Of a stretch of DNA of 64,000 nt, positions 23,901-37,280 are shown one piece after another. Position numbers and translations under genes: made by a program. Within the stretch, counting starts at the first letter, position 1, and every line of letters starts with the position of its first letter. Under the pieces are notes generated by a model that did not search any database, was not told the origin of the DNA, and worked only from the letters and a program-made list of their open reading frames with translations. Source of the DNA: Heterodontus francisci (lineage: Eukaryota); assembly GCF_036365525.1 (NCBI RefSeq), contig NC_090392.1, forward strand, positions 61,443,247-61,507,246, given 5' to 3'.

Positions 23901-24499
23901 CCTTCCTGATGTTCTGCCCTTCCAGCAGATGGTGTTGATTCTCATTGCCACTGGGTCCAAAATCCGAGCGTCATGCCCCCTTCGCCAGTTGCTGCCTTCC
24001 CTTTGATCATCTTCTTGCTCAGTTGTCCTTGGCAGCCTTGTCCCCTGCAATGCCAGGAGGGTGATGACCCCCTGCACTGTCCGAGTGCTGACTGCCTGCT
24101 CTCTCCGCCACCTGTGCAGCACCCAGGGCACCTGTCTCCCAATGGCTGAGTCCCCCTCTGTGCTGTTCAAACTTCAAACCTGGGGTGGCCATGACTGGCT
24201 ATTCACTCTGTACTTGCCTCCTTTCACTGAGTCTGCCCCAGACAGCGCGAATAGCCTCTGTAAAAATCTCAACTTCCCCCTTCAATGAGCTCTTCAAGCG
24301 TATTAATTGGCCTTAATCTGGGATCAGTCGGGATCGCGATCCTGCCTCTCCCCCACCTTAGTGAACATGGCCAGCACTGTGAAAGGTGGGAAATAGGCAT
24401 GCCAGCCGGCACCAGTACTTTTGGGTCCTGTCCACCTCTGAAAATTCAGCCCCCAGTCTCAAATGTGCCGTATTTTCTTCCAACTAAACATTGAGCAGA

Positions 24500-25510
24500 G
24501 TGAAGTCATTATTGTCTGCCTTGTACCAAATTCTGTTCCTTTGCAACTGACTCCTTCCCCCTCTCTGGCCACTATCTCAGGCTGAAGCAGACTATTCACA
24601 ACTTAGGTGCTCTATTCAACCCCTAGCTGAGTATGTGGCCCTATATATTATCCATTACAGAGACTGCCTTCGTCCCCACATCAACCCAACTGCCACTGAA
24701 ACCCTCATAGTCATACAGCACTGAAACAGGCCCTTCAGCCTACTGAGTCTGTGCTGACCATCAGCCACCCATTTATACTAATCCTACATTAATCCCATAT
24801 TACCTACCACATCCCCACCATTCTCCTTCCTACACTAGGGGCAATTTACAATGGCCAATTAACTATCAACCTGCAAGTCTTTGGCTGTGGGAGGAAACCA
24901 GAGCACCCAGCGGAAGCCCACACAGTCACAGGGAGAACTTACAAACTCCTCACAGGCAGTGCCCAGAACTGAACCCGGGTCGCTGGAGCTGTGAGGCTGC
25001 GGTGCTAACCACTGTGCCACCCTCATTCAAGTTTTTGTTGCCTCCAGACTCCCATTGCTCTCCTGGGCACCCTCATGTCTTTCAATACTTGTAAACTTCA
25101 GCTGATTTAAAACTGTACTGCTCGTATTTTATTCTAATTCAAGCCCCATCTCTTGCATCACCCTATTCCTCACTAACCTACATTGGCTCTAGGTCACCCT
25201 ATGTGGCAAATTTAAAATTCGCGCCCTTCTGTTTAAATCCTTCCACAGGCTCACCCTTTCCTATCTCAGTGATCACCTCCAGCCTTAAAATCCTTACCAG
25301 AACTCTTCATTCTTCTGCTTCTTGTGCATCCCCTCCCCCTTCCCCCTCTCCCCCCTCCCCACCCCCACCCCCATCATTGGCAGCCATGTCTTTGACAATT
25401 TAGGTCACATTCTGTGGAATTACTCCCCTAAATCCCTCTGTCTGTCACCTTCCTCTCCACATTAAAGTGTCACTTGGAAACCCATCTCTTTGCCTAAGCT
25501 ATTGTCACCC
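24500..25510 (+). mobile_element. L2 LINE 3' remnant hosting a SINE and abutting an RTE insertion
   Basis: Degenerate NLGALF, ETLI..FVASRL, LQLI.NC.ARI and ITPILTNLHWL motifs. Confidence 0.7.
24709..25018 (-). mobile_element. HE1-like V-SINE
   Basis: tRNA-like head (tggcacagtggttagc...gggttcagttc), V-domain (gtttgtaagttctccctgtg...gggtgctctggtttcctcccaca) and CR1 tail; 8-bp TSD accctcat (24701-24708 / 25019-25026). Confidence 0.9.
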
Positions 25511-25512
25511 CA

Positions 25513-26132
25513 GCGAGGCCTGGACAACGTATGTCAGCCAAGAGCGACGTCTCAGTTCATTCCACCTTCGCTGCCTCCGGAGAATCCTTGGCATCAGGTG
25601 GCAGGACCGTATCTCCAACACAGTAGTCCTCGAGGCGGCCAACATCCCCAGCTTATACACACTACTGAGTCAGCGGCGCTTGAGATGGCTTGGACATGTG
25701 AGCCGCATGGAAGATGGCAGGATCCCCAAGGACACATTGTACAGCGAGCTCGCCACTGGTATCAGACCCACCGGCCGTCCATGTCTCCGCTTTAAAGACG
25801 TCTGCAAACGCGACATGAAGTCCTGTAACATTGATCACAAGCCGCGGGAGTCAGTTGCCAGTGATCGCCAAAGCTGGCGGGCAGCCATAAAGGCGGGGCT
25901 AAAGCATGGCGAGTCGAAGAGACTTAGCAGTTGGCAGGAAAACAGACAGAAGCGCAAAGAGAGATCCAACTGTGTAACGGCACCGACAACCAATTTTTTC
26001 TGCAGCACCTGTGGAAGAGTCTGTCACTCTAGTATTGGCCTTTATAGCCACTCCAGGCGCTGCTCCACAAACCACTGACCACCTCCAGGCGCTTACCCAT
26101 TGTCTCCCGAGACAAGGAGGCCAAAGAAGAAA
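25513..26132 (+). mobile_element. RTE-clade (BovB-like) LINE 3' end
   Basis: Open frame FHLRCLRRILGIRWQD...LRWLGHVSRMEDGRIPK...GRPCLRFKD...CSTCGRVCHSSIGLYSHSRRC (C-terminal zinc finger), aagaagaaa tail, TSD tgtcacccca (25503-25512 / 26133-26142). Confidence 0.93.
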
Positions 26133-27583
26133 TGTCACCCCATGTAACTGTTCACTCTTGCTCTCAGCATCTGCTTTTCCACATGTCTTTGTGAAGTACA
26201 ATGGGTCTTTGTTAAAGGTGTTACATAACTGCTAATGTTATTGTAATTTATTTGGTCTGTTTTCTTTTGGTATTCCATTTAGTGCAATGAACATTGGTAA
26301 TATTGTAATTATATTTCAATACATTAATATTTCTGTAAATTTAGAAAAGTACTCATTAAAGGAATTATATGAGTGTGCGGAAAAAAAGGTCATTCACAAA
26401 TGCTGCAACTAATATGAACACACAAAAAGGACCAGAAAAGGCCATCTGTCTTGCCTTGGAAGTGGTGCAACCTATTTACACAATTAAATTCATCTCAACA
26501 TTACCCCCTCCCCCACTGCCCCCTTCAATCTTGCAAGCTCCTAGGAGAGGCAAAAACAAAGAAAAATCTTCTGCCAATCCAGCAAAAACGAACTCTGGCA
26601 AATTCCTTTCCCAGTAATAGACCAAGTAAAATTTGTCGTTTCGTCACCGATTTAGTTAATTACCTGATGAGCTCAAAAAGACACAGGAAAATACCTCCCA
26701 TTAGAGAAACCTGAAATTGAGCATAAACTTCGGGAAGGTCGTCTAGTTCAATTGTTGAGCTTACTGGCCATTTTGTGCCACTGACTTAACAGACCAAGCG
26801 TGGTCTTTGGTCAATGCTGAGTGAGTTGATTTCACCCAGGGTGCCACAAGGGGAAATGTAATTTGGCTTCATTATGGTTGGGCCAGTGGTGGTGGAATTG
26901 TCCTGAGTTCTCATTCTTGATCAACACCTGGTAGCACATACAGCAAAATGCACATGCTGACTTTGAGCAAGGATAGGATTGAATTGGTCCAAACTTGACT
27001 GGAACGTACAGTGTTTGATCATCTGTATGGGAGGATGGGACATGAGATTATTTCCTGCTGTGCATATAGTGGCGGCATTCTTCATACACAGGTGACATGT
27101 ATCAAATGAAGTATTCCCTTGGCTGGTTGTGTGGAAGTGCAGGCCCTGTGATAGCAGCAGTAATTCTTGCCAGAGGCGAGAACTAATGAAAAAAAAATCA
27201 ATGCAAATAGTATTTGAAGATTTAAACACCAACCCATAATCCCCACAGGAAATTGCTTCCCATTATCAAAATATATGTTAAAAAAAAGAGACAAAAAGAA
27301 ATTGGCAGTTTGGTGGCAGTAAAATACCTGCAGAAATAGATGCTGGAAGGAAGGATAGAGATGTGATATAATTAGAACTCAGTGCCTCTATTTTTATAAT
27401 GCGAGCACGAATAGCGGATTAAACAATACCAAGCGTACAAAAGCCAAAACTGATTGTATCTTTAATTTAGGAATAAACACCAGAAAGATGTGTCAGAAAG
27501 TTTCAAGCCTGCTAAAAACCTAGTGTCAAGATTTTATTCATGTTATTAGCACCAGGCTGAACAGTGGGGTTATCAGTTACAAT

Positions 27584-28316
27584 GGGTCGAATTTTACAGA
27601 GCCCCCCCCCCGATGTTGGGAGTCGTGGCGGGAGGGGGGCCCGGCCCGATATTGCCAATGGCGACAAGGCCTTGGGGCTGCTCCACTGCCACTCGGCGAC
27701 GGGAACCAAATTTAAATATGTAAAATTATTTAAACGAAGGAATAAATTACCTTTTGGCTCCCACCGTCCGTCCGGCTGCAATATCAGTGCTGGTGGCTGG
27801 CGATCTGAGGAGGAACACTCGTGTGGAGGGGGGAGCAGGTATGTTGTTCAGTGCGGGGGGGTGGGGAGTGGCATCAGAGTCATTTCATTGATGTAGGGGA
27901 TGGTGGGAGGGGTGAAATTTAAAGTTTATGAACTTTGTGCGGGGGAAGGTCAGGTGCACAAGGTAGGTATTTTGGGTGAGAGGAGAGGGCAGGTAATTCA
28001 TTCTATGGTTATTGGGGTCAGATGTGAGAAGATCAGGATCAACTTATTTAATTTTTTTAAATCACTACATCTTTAATTATTTAAATTGAAATGTAGGGCT
28101 CAATGCCCTTTAAAAATGGCGTCAGCACCTGTGCAATGGCGGCTGACGCCATTGCCAGGGATGGACAGTCCACCCTCTCCACGGCATCGGGGTGGGCAGT
28201 CCACCCTGGCCATTTAAATGAGCCACCGCGTTGAATATCGCGGCAGCTCTGCAACCTGGACTGCCATTTTTTTCGGACGCCGCCAATTACAGCGGTGGCA
28301 CCTTAAATTTCAGCCC
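27584..28316. mobile_element. Harbinger-type MITE (family of 6459-7238)
   Basis: Termini gggtcgaatttt / aaatttcagccc; internal homology to 6459-7238. Confidence 0.75.
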
Positions 28317-28954
28317 TATCTGATCTTTAATTTTTCTGTCTGTGCTTGCCGCCTATCCTAAATTCAAAACCAGATGTTGCCTGCATCCTCCCTTTTAATG
28401 GTGTACTTCATAGAGACTGCTGTGGATGGAGTAAAGTGTGGCAAAGCCTGCAAATTGCAAATCTGGAGCAGCCAAGCGTAGACCTTAATACCACCGAATG
28501 GCAGGAGATAAGGAGGAGTTTCATTATCTCCAGATGTGATACTAAGATAATGCTAGGACCAGCAATTCCACAATTCTACAAATGTGGAATAAAGGGTTTC
28601 CACATTAAAATAAAGATACCACTGGGGACTGAATTTAGTTTCTGTTGTGCCCTTAAATAAGCAACTGCATTTTTGTAGCACTATTAACATAGAAAAAATG
28701 CCCCAAGGTGCTTCACACCGCTCTGTAATCAGTACACCAACAGGAATTAGTAATTCAGCTCCAACTACTCTTCGTCTACCCTGCTCTCTATTGAAGCTCA
28801 TGGTTAGTGTTGGATCCAGCAGAAGCAGCTCCCATCTGAAACAAGTGAGTGCTTCATTAATGTATTCAAATGAGAGACATCTTATACACATTCTCATGAT
28901 GTGGGGATGTGCAGATTATCAAGTGCAAAGCACGTTCAGATGCTTGGGACTGGA

Positions 28955-29250
28955 ATCATAGGATCATAGAATGATACAGATAGAAGGAGGCCATTTGGCC
29001 TATCATGCCGATGCCAGCACGTTGGTAGAGCTATCCAACTTAACTGACTGCTCCATTCTTGCCCCATAGCCCTGCAAATACTTTCCTTCAAGAAGTTATC
29101 CAATTCCCTCTTGAACATTATTGTTGAATCTGCTTCCACCACCCCTTCAGATAGTGCATTCCAGATCACAACAACTCACTGTGTAAATAAATGCTTCCTC
29201 ATGTCATCTCTGGTTCTTTTGCCAATCACATTATATCTCTGTCCTCAATT
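28955..29250 (-). mobile_element. CR1 LINE 3' end
   Basis: IWNALSEGVVEADSTIMFKRELD plus the conserved 3' UTR and a (tatga) tail. Confidence 0.85.
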
Positions 29251-29694
29251 GGCCACCTTGTGTGCTCCTTATACCATGAAAGTCTGTAAGTCCACAATTG
29301 TACCAGTGACTGTTGACGCATATGAGCTTGTGCTGGAAAATTGAGTGCTGTTAGTAGTTCTCCATTGTGGTGGGATTTTTAATTTAAACTGTGGGTGAAA
29401 ATTGGCCCTTGGTGTTTAATTTATATTTTAGAAATTTTCCTGTCAGCTCACTCAGAAACTGGATTTCTAAACTGGATGAGTGACAACTCTATATGTTTAT
29501 TTAGTATAAGTATATCTTAGATATGAGCTTATTTTGAAGTCCAAAGTAGTTTTGTTTGCTAAAATGCTTCTCAAGACTTTTTTATCTGTCCCTGTACATT
29601 TTGAGTATTAATTAAAAATTAGGAAAGAACAAAAAACACATTGCGCCAAAGTTTTAAATTGCAACAAATAGTGTGACTGTGTTTTCAACAGAGC

Positions 29695-30130
29695 TTTTAG
29701 CTGTGGCTCAGCGGTACTAGGTTCGTCTGAGTCACAAAGTTGTGCCTTTAAGTCCCACTGCAAGGGCTTGAACACAAAATCAAGACTGACACTTCAAAGC
29801 CGTACTGAGGGCATGCTGCACTGTTGGAGGTGCCATCTTTTGGATGAAATGTTAAACTAAGGCCCCATCTGCCCTCTCAGATCTCTTGGCAATACTTGAA
29901 GACGAGCAGGGGTGACTCCCTGGTGTCCAGGCCAATATTTATCCCTTAACCAATGTCACTAAAACAGATTATCTGATCATTATCACATTGTTGTTTGTTG
30001 TAAATTGCTTTGTGTAAATTGGTTGCTGCATTTCCTACATTACAACAGTGCTACACTGCATGGGCTGTAAAATTCTTAAGGATATTCTGGGATCATGAAT
30101 GGCATTATATAGATTCAAGACTTTCTTGTA
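29695..30130 (+). mobile_element. Deu-domain SINE (SacSINE1/AmnSINE1-related)
   Basis: tRNA head (tggctcagcgg...) followed by the Deu core gtactgagggcatgctgcactgttggaggtgccatcttttggatga...gccaatatttatccc...acattacaacagtg. Confidence 0.85.
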
Positions 30131-33100
30131 GTGGACTGAATCTGTACCTTAAAGGAAGTTATTCTCCAGTAACCCATGCCAGCTTTGAATCTTTAAAGGA
30201 CAATAGCAAAATCTGGAAATGTGTTGTGAATACATATGTCTTCACTGCCAAACCAACCATTTCACCATGGTGTTCCTGGATTCCACAGTAGGGCAAGACC
30301 TAGTTACAGCTATTTTATTCACCTGGCAAATATGCAATCACTAGTTTTCTTATCAGAAGGCAATAAAAATACTAGAACAAAGGAACTTGCAGATACACTA
30401 TGGCTATTTTTTGCAAAGATTTATTATATCAAAATACAAAACATTTTTGAAGCAGAATAATGTTAAATGGGAATTAAGCAGCTGAAAATGTCCACACAGT
30501 AGTTCCCAAACTACCTTGCAGTTAAATGTCTTCTATTGTTTCTTTGACAATGCACAAATTGTCGCATGTTCTTAGCCAAGCACACACATTTCTTCATGAA
30601 CATGCACCATTTTTACTCTGATCGATTACACAGCAGGTTTGAAATATTCGGTAACGGTTGGGTACCAGGACTCCCCCCCCACCCCCCACATCCTTACGGA
30701 GCATAATAAATGAAAATAACATTAGCTGGACTGCCGGTACCACCTGTTACTGTAAGTGCCTGACATCACTGCCAGAAGATATGATACTTTATTGAATATC
30801 TTATTTAGAACTCATAATAAATGGAGTTATTTGTGATTATGTATAGATGCGTATATACATGTGCAAACAGGCATAAGAGGGAAATAAAATTCCGTATCAG
30901 TGAAGTTTGAGTCATGTGGTGCTGAGAAATTATCTTCACATTGGGAAATATTGAATCAACACTGGGTTTAGTAAGATGGTGAGTACTCCTCACTCTCAAG
31001 GCGTAGGAACAGAAATAGGCCATACAGCCCCTCGAGCCTGCTCCACGGAAGCAGTATCATCTTGTGGGTGTCAGATGAGTTTGCTAAACCATTCCACTGA
31101 TTCTCTTGCAGTTAGACTTCAGCTGAATCCACTTGCTGTCACTGTGTTGCAACATGCTTCTATTACCTGTTCTACATCGATTGCCTGTTTATGCTCTGAG
31201 ACAATATCAAAATTCTTTTTTATGTTGACAATTTTCACATTGAATGGATGTAACCTTTCTGCAGTGCTACGTTAGGAAGTGTGCCAGTTATAGACGTAGA
31301 AAAATTCCCAAACCCTATTTAGAATTGCAAATATCATAATGACCTTGTTCGAAAAGTGTCAATTCAAGTCAGTTTTATTGAAGTTTAATTTCTGCATGAT
31401 TAATATCTTAAAATGACTTATCCATCAACAGATTAAAAGTAGTGGGAAACTTCGGTCCAAAATCTTCAAATTATTGCTTAAAAGAAGAAACCAAATTTAA
31501 TCAGTGAGAGACAAGGCTGGAGTTGGAGACTGATGTGTTGGCTTGGGGTAATGTTTACAGTTGTCTGCATTATGGAGTTCTGGGCCTTGCAGAGATAAGT
31601 ACAAGCCTATTTTATATTATATAATTGAAAGGTACAGCAATGTATGCAATAAAGCAAGTGACATTCTGATTACTATTGAGTCTGAATCTATAATTTCAAC
31701 ACTTCTGGAGGAGAAAGAGCCACAACAAGAGAAAGGATAAATTCCAGAGTTTTGCTAAAAGGGGAGACATTTGCTTTCAACTCCCAAATCCATCACAACA
31801 TATTTGAAGAAATATAAAATAAATGGTAACAACAGATGATGTATAAAATGGGCTATGAGTAGTGCGGCAGAGCAATGCAAAAATCATTTAAAATATATGC
31901 TTGGTGAGGCTAATCAACTTTTGTTATCTTAAGATATCTGACCAATAAAATTTAACGTACAATGGACAACCCCAACCTCGTCTAATAAATCTCCCCATTC
32001 TGCTTTTGGTTCTTTATCTCATTAGATTCGATAATGGAAATTAGATAAAATGATATGCTTATATCTGTGTTTACTGTACATGCACATTTAGCTGGTTAAG
32101 TATGAACATATTTAAGAGCATGTATACATGTATGTGTCTGAATATTAAAATATCTTAAAAATTGCCCTTGATGGAAATAAAAAATGTTTTACTCAGTACA
32201 TTTGAGATATTACTGGAGGTGGTAGCAGAGATTGGAAAACATGGGATTAAATATACCTATACGATCTGAAATATAAATAACAATTATATAGACAACTTCC
32301 ATTTTGGCAATTGGATCCAACACTATAAATGTATCTAAAGACTAAATCACATATCTTCTTCAGGTTCTTCTCATTCCTAGTACACAGATCATGTTTTGAT
32401 TCTAGTTATGCTTGTGCCCGGCCTAATAATGTCTAAATCAGATTATTTGTAAGTTTTTTACTAGAGAGTTGGAGTTCCAGTCATAGGGTTTGAGTTAGCG
32501 TAATTGAGTATTGAGAATCCAGTTACGCTCAGTGCTAAGTTAACTATTAGGGAGGATATTCTGCAGAAAGTCAACACTTGCATGCTGGTGGGGAAATAAT
32601 ACAGAGCCAGGCCTCATGTCAACATGCGACCCAACCATAAAACAACATTGAAGGCAGTCACCTTGACTGAAGGTGCAGGCATGGTTGCAGGTGGCAAAAA
32701 AGGGGAAACAAAATACTTTGAAGTAACTCTCCCAAGAATGGAACAAAAATTTGGAATGAACCAGATTATCAAGTATAAATATCAGACTTTCAATCACTCA
32801 ATATCCACTGTTAAACTGCATCCAGTGTCCTGCTATCACTGGGTGATAATTGGAGCAAAGGAGGGCAGGAAAAGCTCCATCTTTGACTTGGCAGAATGCA
32901 CGGCATGGCACTCTCACTGCTTTCAATGACAAAGCAAACTACTGATCGGTGCCATCTCCATTACAGAATCACCCCACAAATTAAAGAATCTATAAACCGA
33001 AAGAAAAGTAAAATAAGCCATAGCATATTTAAAGCAACAGGCCCCATTACCAAAACATTATCAATTGACAGAGAACTTCAAGATGTTGGGAAGATTAGTT

Positions 33101-33314
33101 ATCTGTTTTTCAAATTAAACCATAACAACATTTCCTCCTTCAGTGGTAAATGTGTTTCTGCCTCAATTACTTTATAATATTCCAAAAATAATTGAAACCC
33201 AACGATAAACACAGTATCCACTGACCATTAATGGCACTCTTCAAATTTAGACAAGTCATTTATTTACATATTTTTTGTGTATCAAGAGTTTCCTCTAAAA
33301 GCAGTTCTCTAATT

Positions 33315-33420
33315 ACATAAGATCGAGAGCAAAGAAACAGGCCATTTGGCCCAACTGGTCTCTGACGGCCTTTATGTTCCACACTAGCCCCCTCCCACCC
33401 CATTTCATCTAACCCTATCC
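33315..33420 (-). mobile_element. CR1 3' tail remnant
   Basis: caggccatttggcccaactggtc...catttcatctaaccctatc, homologous to 63000-63100. Confidence 0.6.
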
Positions 33421-35979
33421 AGATAGGTAATCATTCATTCAGACAACATACTTGTTAATCTTATGATGACTTAATTTTTGTTTGGCTATCCCTTGTGTGT
33501 CCTGCACCCAAACCAGGTAATCCTGCAGTCCGCTGTGTCATTCTCACATGGATTTCAATTTTATATGGTTGGGGGAGGAGAGGGAGACTAAGAGCCCAAG
33601 TAGGATATATAACAGTAAATATTCTACAGATAAGGCTTTGGTACAGCACCATTTGTTTTGATCATACACACAAACAATCTGCACTTATTGAAAAAAAATG
33701 ATCACAACAGTAATACCTGAAATTGATTCAATTAACCCTCCAGTTGCCATTTTGTAGACAATGTTTTAAATATTATGTGCATAATGCTGATGCCAGAAAT
33801 GGAATTCCCCCCTTTACAATCATTATGAAGCCTTCTTGGTAGCTTAGTCCATGCAGTGATGCAATTGGCAGTGTCTCATTCCTGCCTTAAAAAGTACAAA
33901 ATGATTGCATCACAATGCTTAAGTTTATAATCGAGAGAGAAAACTATAAAATTATTTTAAATCAATATATTTGCCATATAATTAAACAGTCATCCTCACC
34001 AAAAAAGAATTGTGAAGATACAGCTGATCAGATTGTTTTGACATTTTCTGCAATGATATAGTTTGTTAAATGTGGGGTTGAAGCATTAGCATCAAGAGGG
34101 TTAATGTCTCTGCAAAACTGTGCTTCCAATTATCTCTAGAAAAATCTCCTGTTGTAATGTACAAGATGATGATATTCTGAGTGAGGCATTGCTAAAGAAA
34201 ACTATTAAAGCTTATAGACCACATTTTTTTGGGAGGAGCAAGTATTGCAACACCACAGCTGTAGCACTGAGATGTGTGCATTGTGCACCAGTAATGGAGA
34301 GATTGCAATATGGCAACTATCTGAACAGGATGCTGTCACAACAGAGGTCTTGGAAATTGCACTGAGTAAATATTGCCTCAACACATTCAGATGAATTGTT
34401 ATTTTACTGGGGGTGTTAGCCATTCATTTGAACTCCACAGAGAAGTTTTACTCTAGATAGATTAACATGAAATAAATTTCTCAGTTAATAATGATAATAG
34501 AGAAATTGCATTCACTTAAGATTTGAAAGTAGGCGAATTGTGATCAGCTGCAGTGAAAATAAGCATCTGTGCGCACTTTAGCACAAAAGAACAACCTGGG
34601 TCTTTTATTTTAATAACATCTTTTAAAATGTGGTCTAGATGACGTTACTTTAACCAAACAGTATCTGTCTATGTCAATCAATATGAACCTTCAGTAACTC
34701 CTCAGCAGCTGGTCCTGAATAAATCAACTTGGCTTCTCCAAGAGACCAATTATGATACTGGATATCATCATCTGTATTAAAATTAAAGTCCACAATTACA
34801 TAAAAAAGACAGCACACACTTTTCTGGTTTATGCAGGCTGCTATCAAAAACACAATTGCATTAAGAACAACATGTAAGCCTCTAAACAAAATCTTGTTAG
34901 TCTGCAAAATTTATAGGCAGATATCTTTATCACAGCGTTTTAAACAGACTCATTAGAAACATTTTAAAACAGTGATTACACTCTTGTACATTCAGGATAC
35001 TTTACTGGGTCTTTCCTGACCTCACATAGGCTGAGTTTTAAAGCTTTTGAGGGCTACAGTAAAGTTCTGCACCAAATTCCATCCACCAATTCTGAAGAAT
35101 AAATATACCATCCATCCAATTTCCTCAGAGCATGACACAAAAATTGAAACAATTCACACATTGTATACTTTATTCGAACAATATCTTGTAGTGGCATTAT
35201 GCACTATGTGTTTATATAAATGAATGAAGGCAGTGATAGGTAGTATATTTATTCCATAGATTCTTCAGTCTTCAAAAGCCCTAAAATTATTAAAATCAAG
35301 ATTTCTCACATTGAGCCAGTGGCATTGTTCTTCACCGAGACTCAGATACTTAAATTACTTTGCAGTTTGTTGTATTGCAGAAGTACATCACCATCTTTTA
35401 TTTTAAAGGTTTGCAAAAGTAGATGTCCAGTCAGTGTTCAAACTGACTCCCTTAAAGACACACTCAAGAGAGTTAGGGAAGGCTGGAGAGCTTCGCAAAA
35501 TAGTTTATAACAATCTGACCTGGAACAGTTTTGGAGTGAAGGCCTCACAAACCAACAAAGTGATCCCGGCTGTTCGAAAAGAAGCTGGAGGGTTTCCTAA
35601 AACGGTTAGTCATAAAATTCTGTAGATTTTATAGAAATAATGAAATACATCTTCAATGACCCAGACAAAGTGACACTTTTTTAAAAAAAAGTCCTATGTG
35701 ACTCACTAATAATACCAAGCACCAAGGAGATTAATTAATAAGTCAAATTCAGTTGAAAACCATAAAACGTTGTGAAATCAATCTCAGTAAGAACATTTTA
35801 TGTAACGTTTAATAGACACAGACAATAGCTGTTAAGGGAGTGAATTCAAGTTCGAAACTATCACTAGCTGAACAACTTTACATTTTCAACGTTGTTTTAT
35901 CAATTACTGGAATTTATAATCAGTATGAGAAAACTGTGTGAGAGCAATGACTGTACAAGCTCGTCCAAATATGGTTTTC

Positions 35980-36500
35980 TGTACCCCTTGATAGCTCACT
36001 GTGGGGATAGGCACTAAGACCAGAAAGCTTCCAGGTTTAACCTTTGGTCTGTGCTAAGCAATTATCTGATCTCAGCCTGATTGGCAGTTGGGGTGGGGTG
36101 GGGGGTGGGGGGTTGGGGGGGGGTGGCACCATATTTGGCCTCAGCATTTATGGGCTTGGGAAGGTGCTGTAGTGGGGGAGAGGAGAAATCAGTTGGCTGC
36201 TTCTGTGATCCATGCTGGAAATGGGTGTGTCGGGACATCAGGTCGGACATGAGGATCATGCTTGGCCGTAATGCTCACATTTGCATCGCTTACCGACAGC
36301 AACTGTCCAGACTCAGATTTAAAGAATAGCCATGTGCATGAGGTTCCAGAAGACTTCTGCTGGCTATGGGACAGTATCCAGCATGAATTGTACCTATCAG
36401 AAGAGGCGGTGGAAGGGGAAGAAAGCAGATGGTGTAAAATATATCCTCTCGGTACTGTGGCACACAAATGCCAATTGGCCGGAACCTGGGCACTTTCAAG
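35980..36500 (+). mobile_element. Ancient SINE-like repeat (family not identified)
   Basis: Degenerate tRNA-like head (tagctcact...ccaggtttaacc) then ggtctgtgctaag...tgatctcagcc; similar fragments near 26800-26950 and 56900-57080. Confidence 0.4.
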
Positions 36501-37280
36501 ATTTGAAATTATGTTTCTTCAACCATGACTAGAACAGTTAGAATACAGCAATCGCATTTTGAGATAAACCCCATTACACTGTGCCTTTATGACACTAGCT
36601 CATAAATTGGACATCAGCATCAAAGGGGGCTGGCGTAACATTATTTCCATTCAAACTGATCTTTCACTTATCTTGTGAAAGGAATTGGTAACGTTACTCT
36701 TAAAAACAAAAGCATCAGGAATTCCTGTCATGCATAACTATCCCAAGAACCCACCCCGACCCCCTTCAAATGATGGGCACAATCTAACCTTTACTGTACA
36801 TCATGTTCAAAGTAGCTCTTCATAATGAAGAAAAGCAAAAGCAGAGAAACGTTTTCAATGTGCATCTCAATAAGGAACACTGATTGGGGGTCAGCTTTTT
36901 TTTAGTAAGGAGATTACATGAGGCGCACACCACTGCTTTTGTTCCTTCACAATTCTACAACAGAGACCTGATCCATGTTGTAAAGTAGATTGACGCCATC
37001 AACTGCCAGAAAGATAAGTACTTCAGATTTTAAATTTACATATATGTTATAAATTGAAAAAAGCTACACTTTAGTTACTGTACATTATGAGTAAAACCCT
37101 ACGATACGACAGACAGCAGCTCAAGCCTCTTTTACTCAGTTCATTGACTTAGCCTGTCTCCTTCACCATTCTCTCTATGCCTTTCCACGTAGAACTCTCA
37201 AGGAACTCAGATTACAGTACTACAACCAAACACTAGAAACACCCCACATTTGGAAAAATCTGTGCACCGAATAAAACCAG

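Larger units (their letters stand above)
20500..24452. mobile_element. Full-length decayed PIF/Harbinger DNA transposon
   Basis: Perfect 15-bp TIR GGGCTGAATTTTCAG, 3-bp TSD CCA (20497-20499 / 24453-24455), and convergent Myb-like and DDE transposase genes. Confidence 0.92.
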
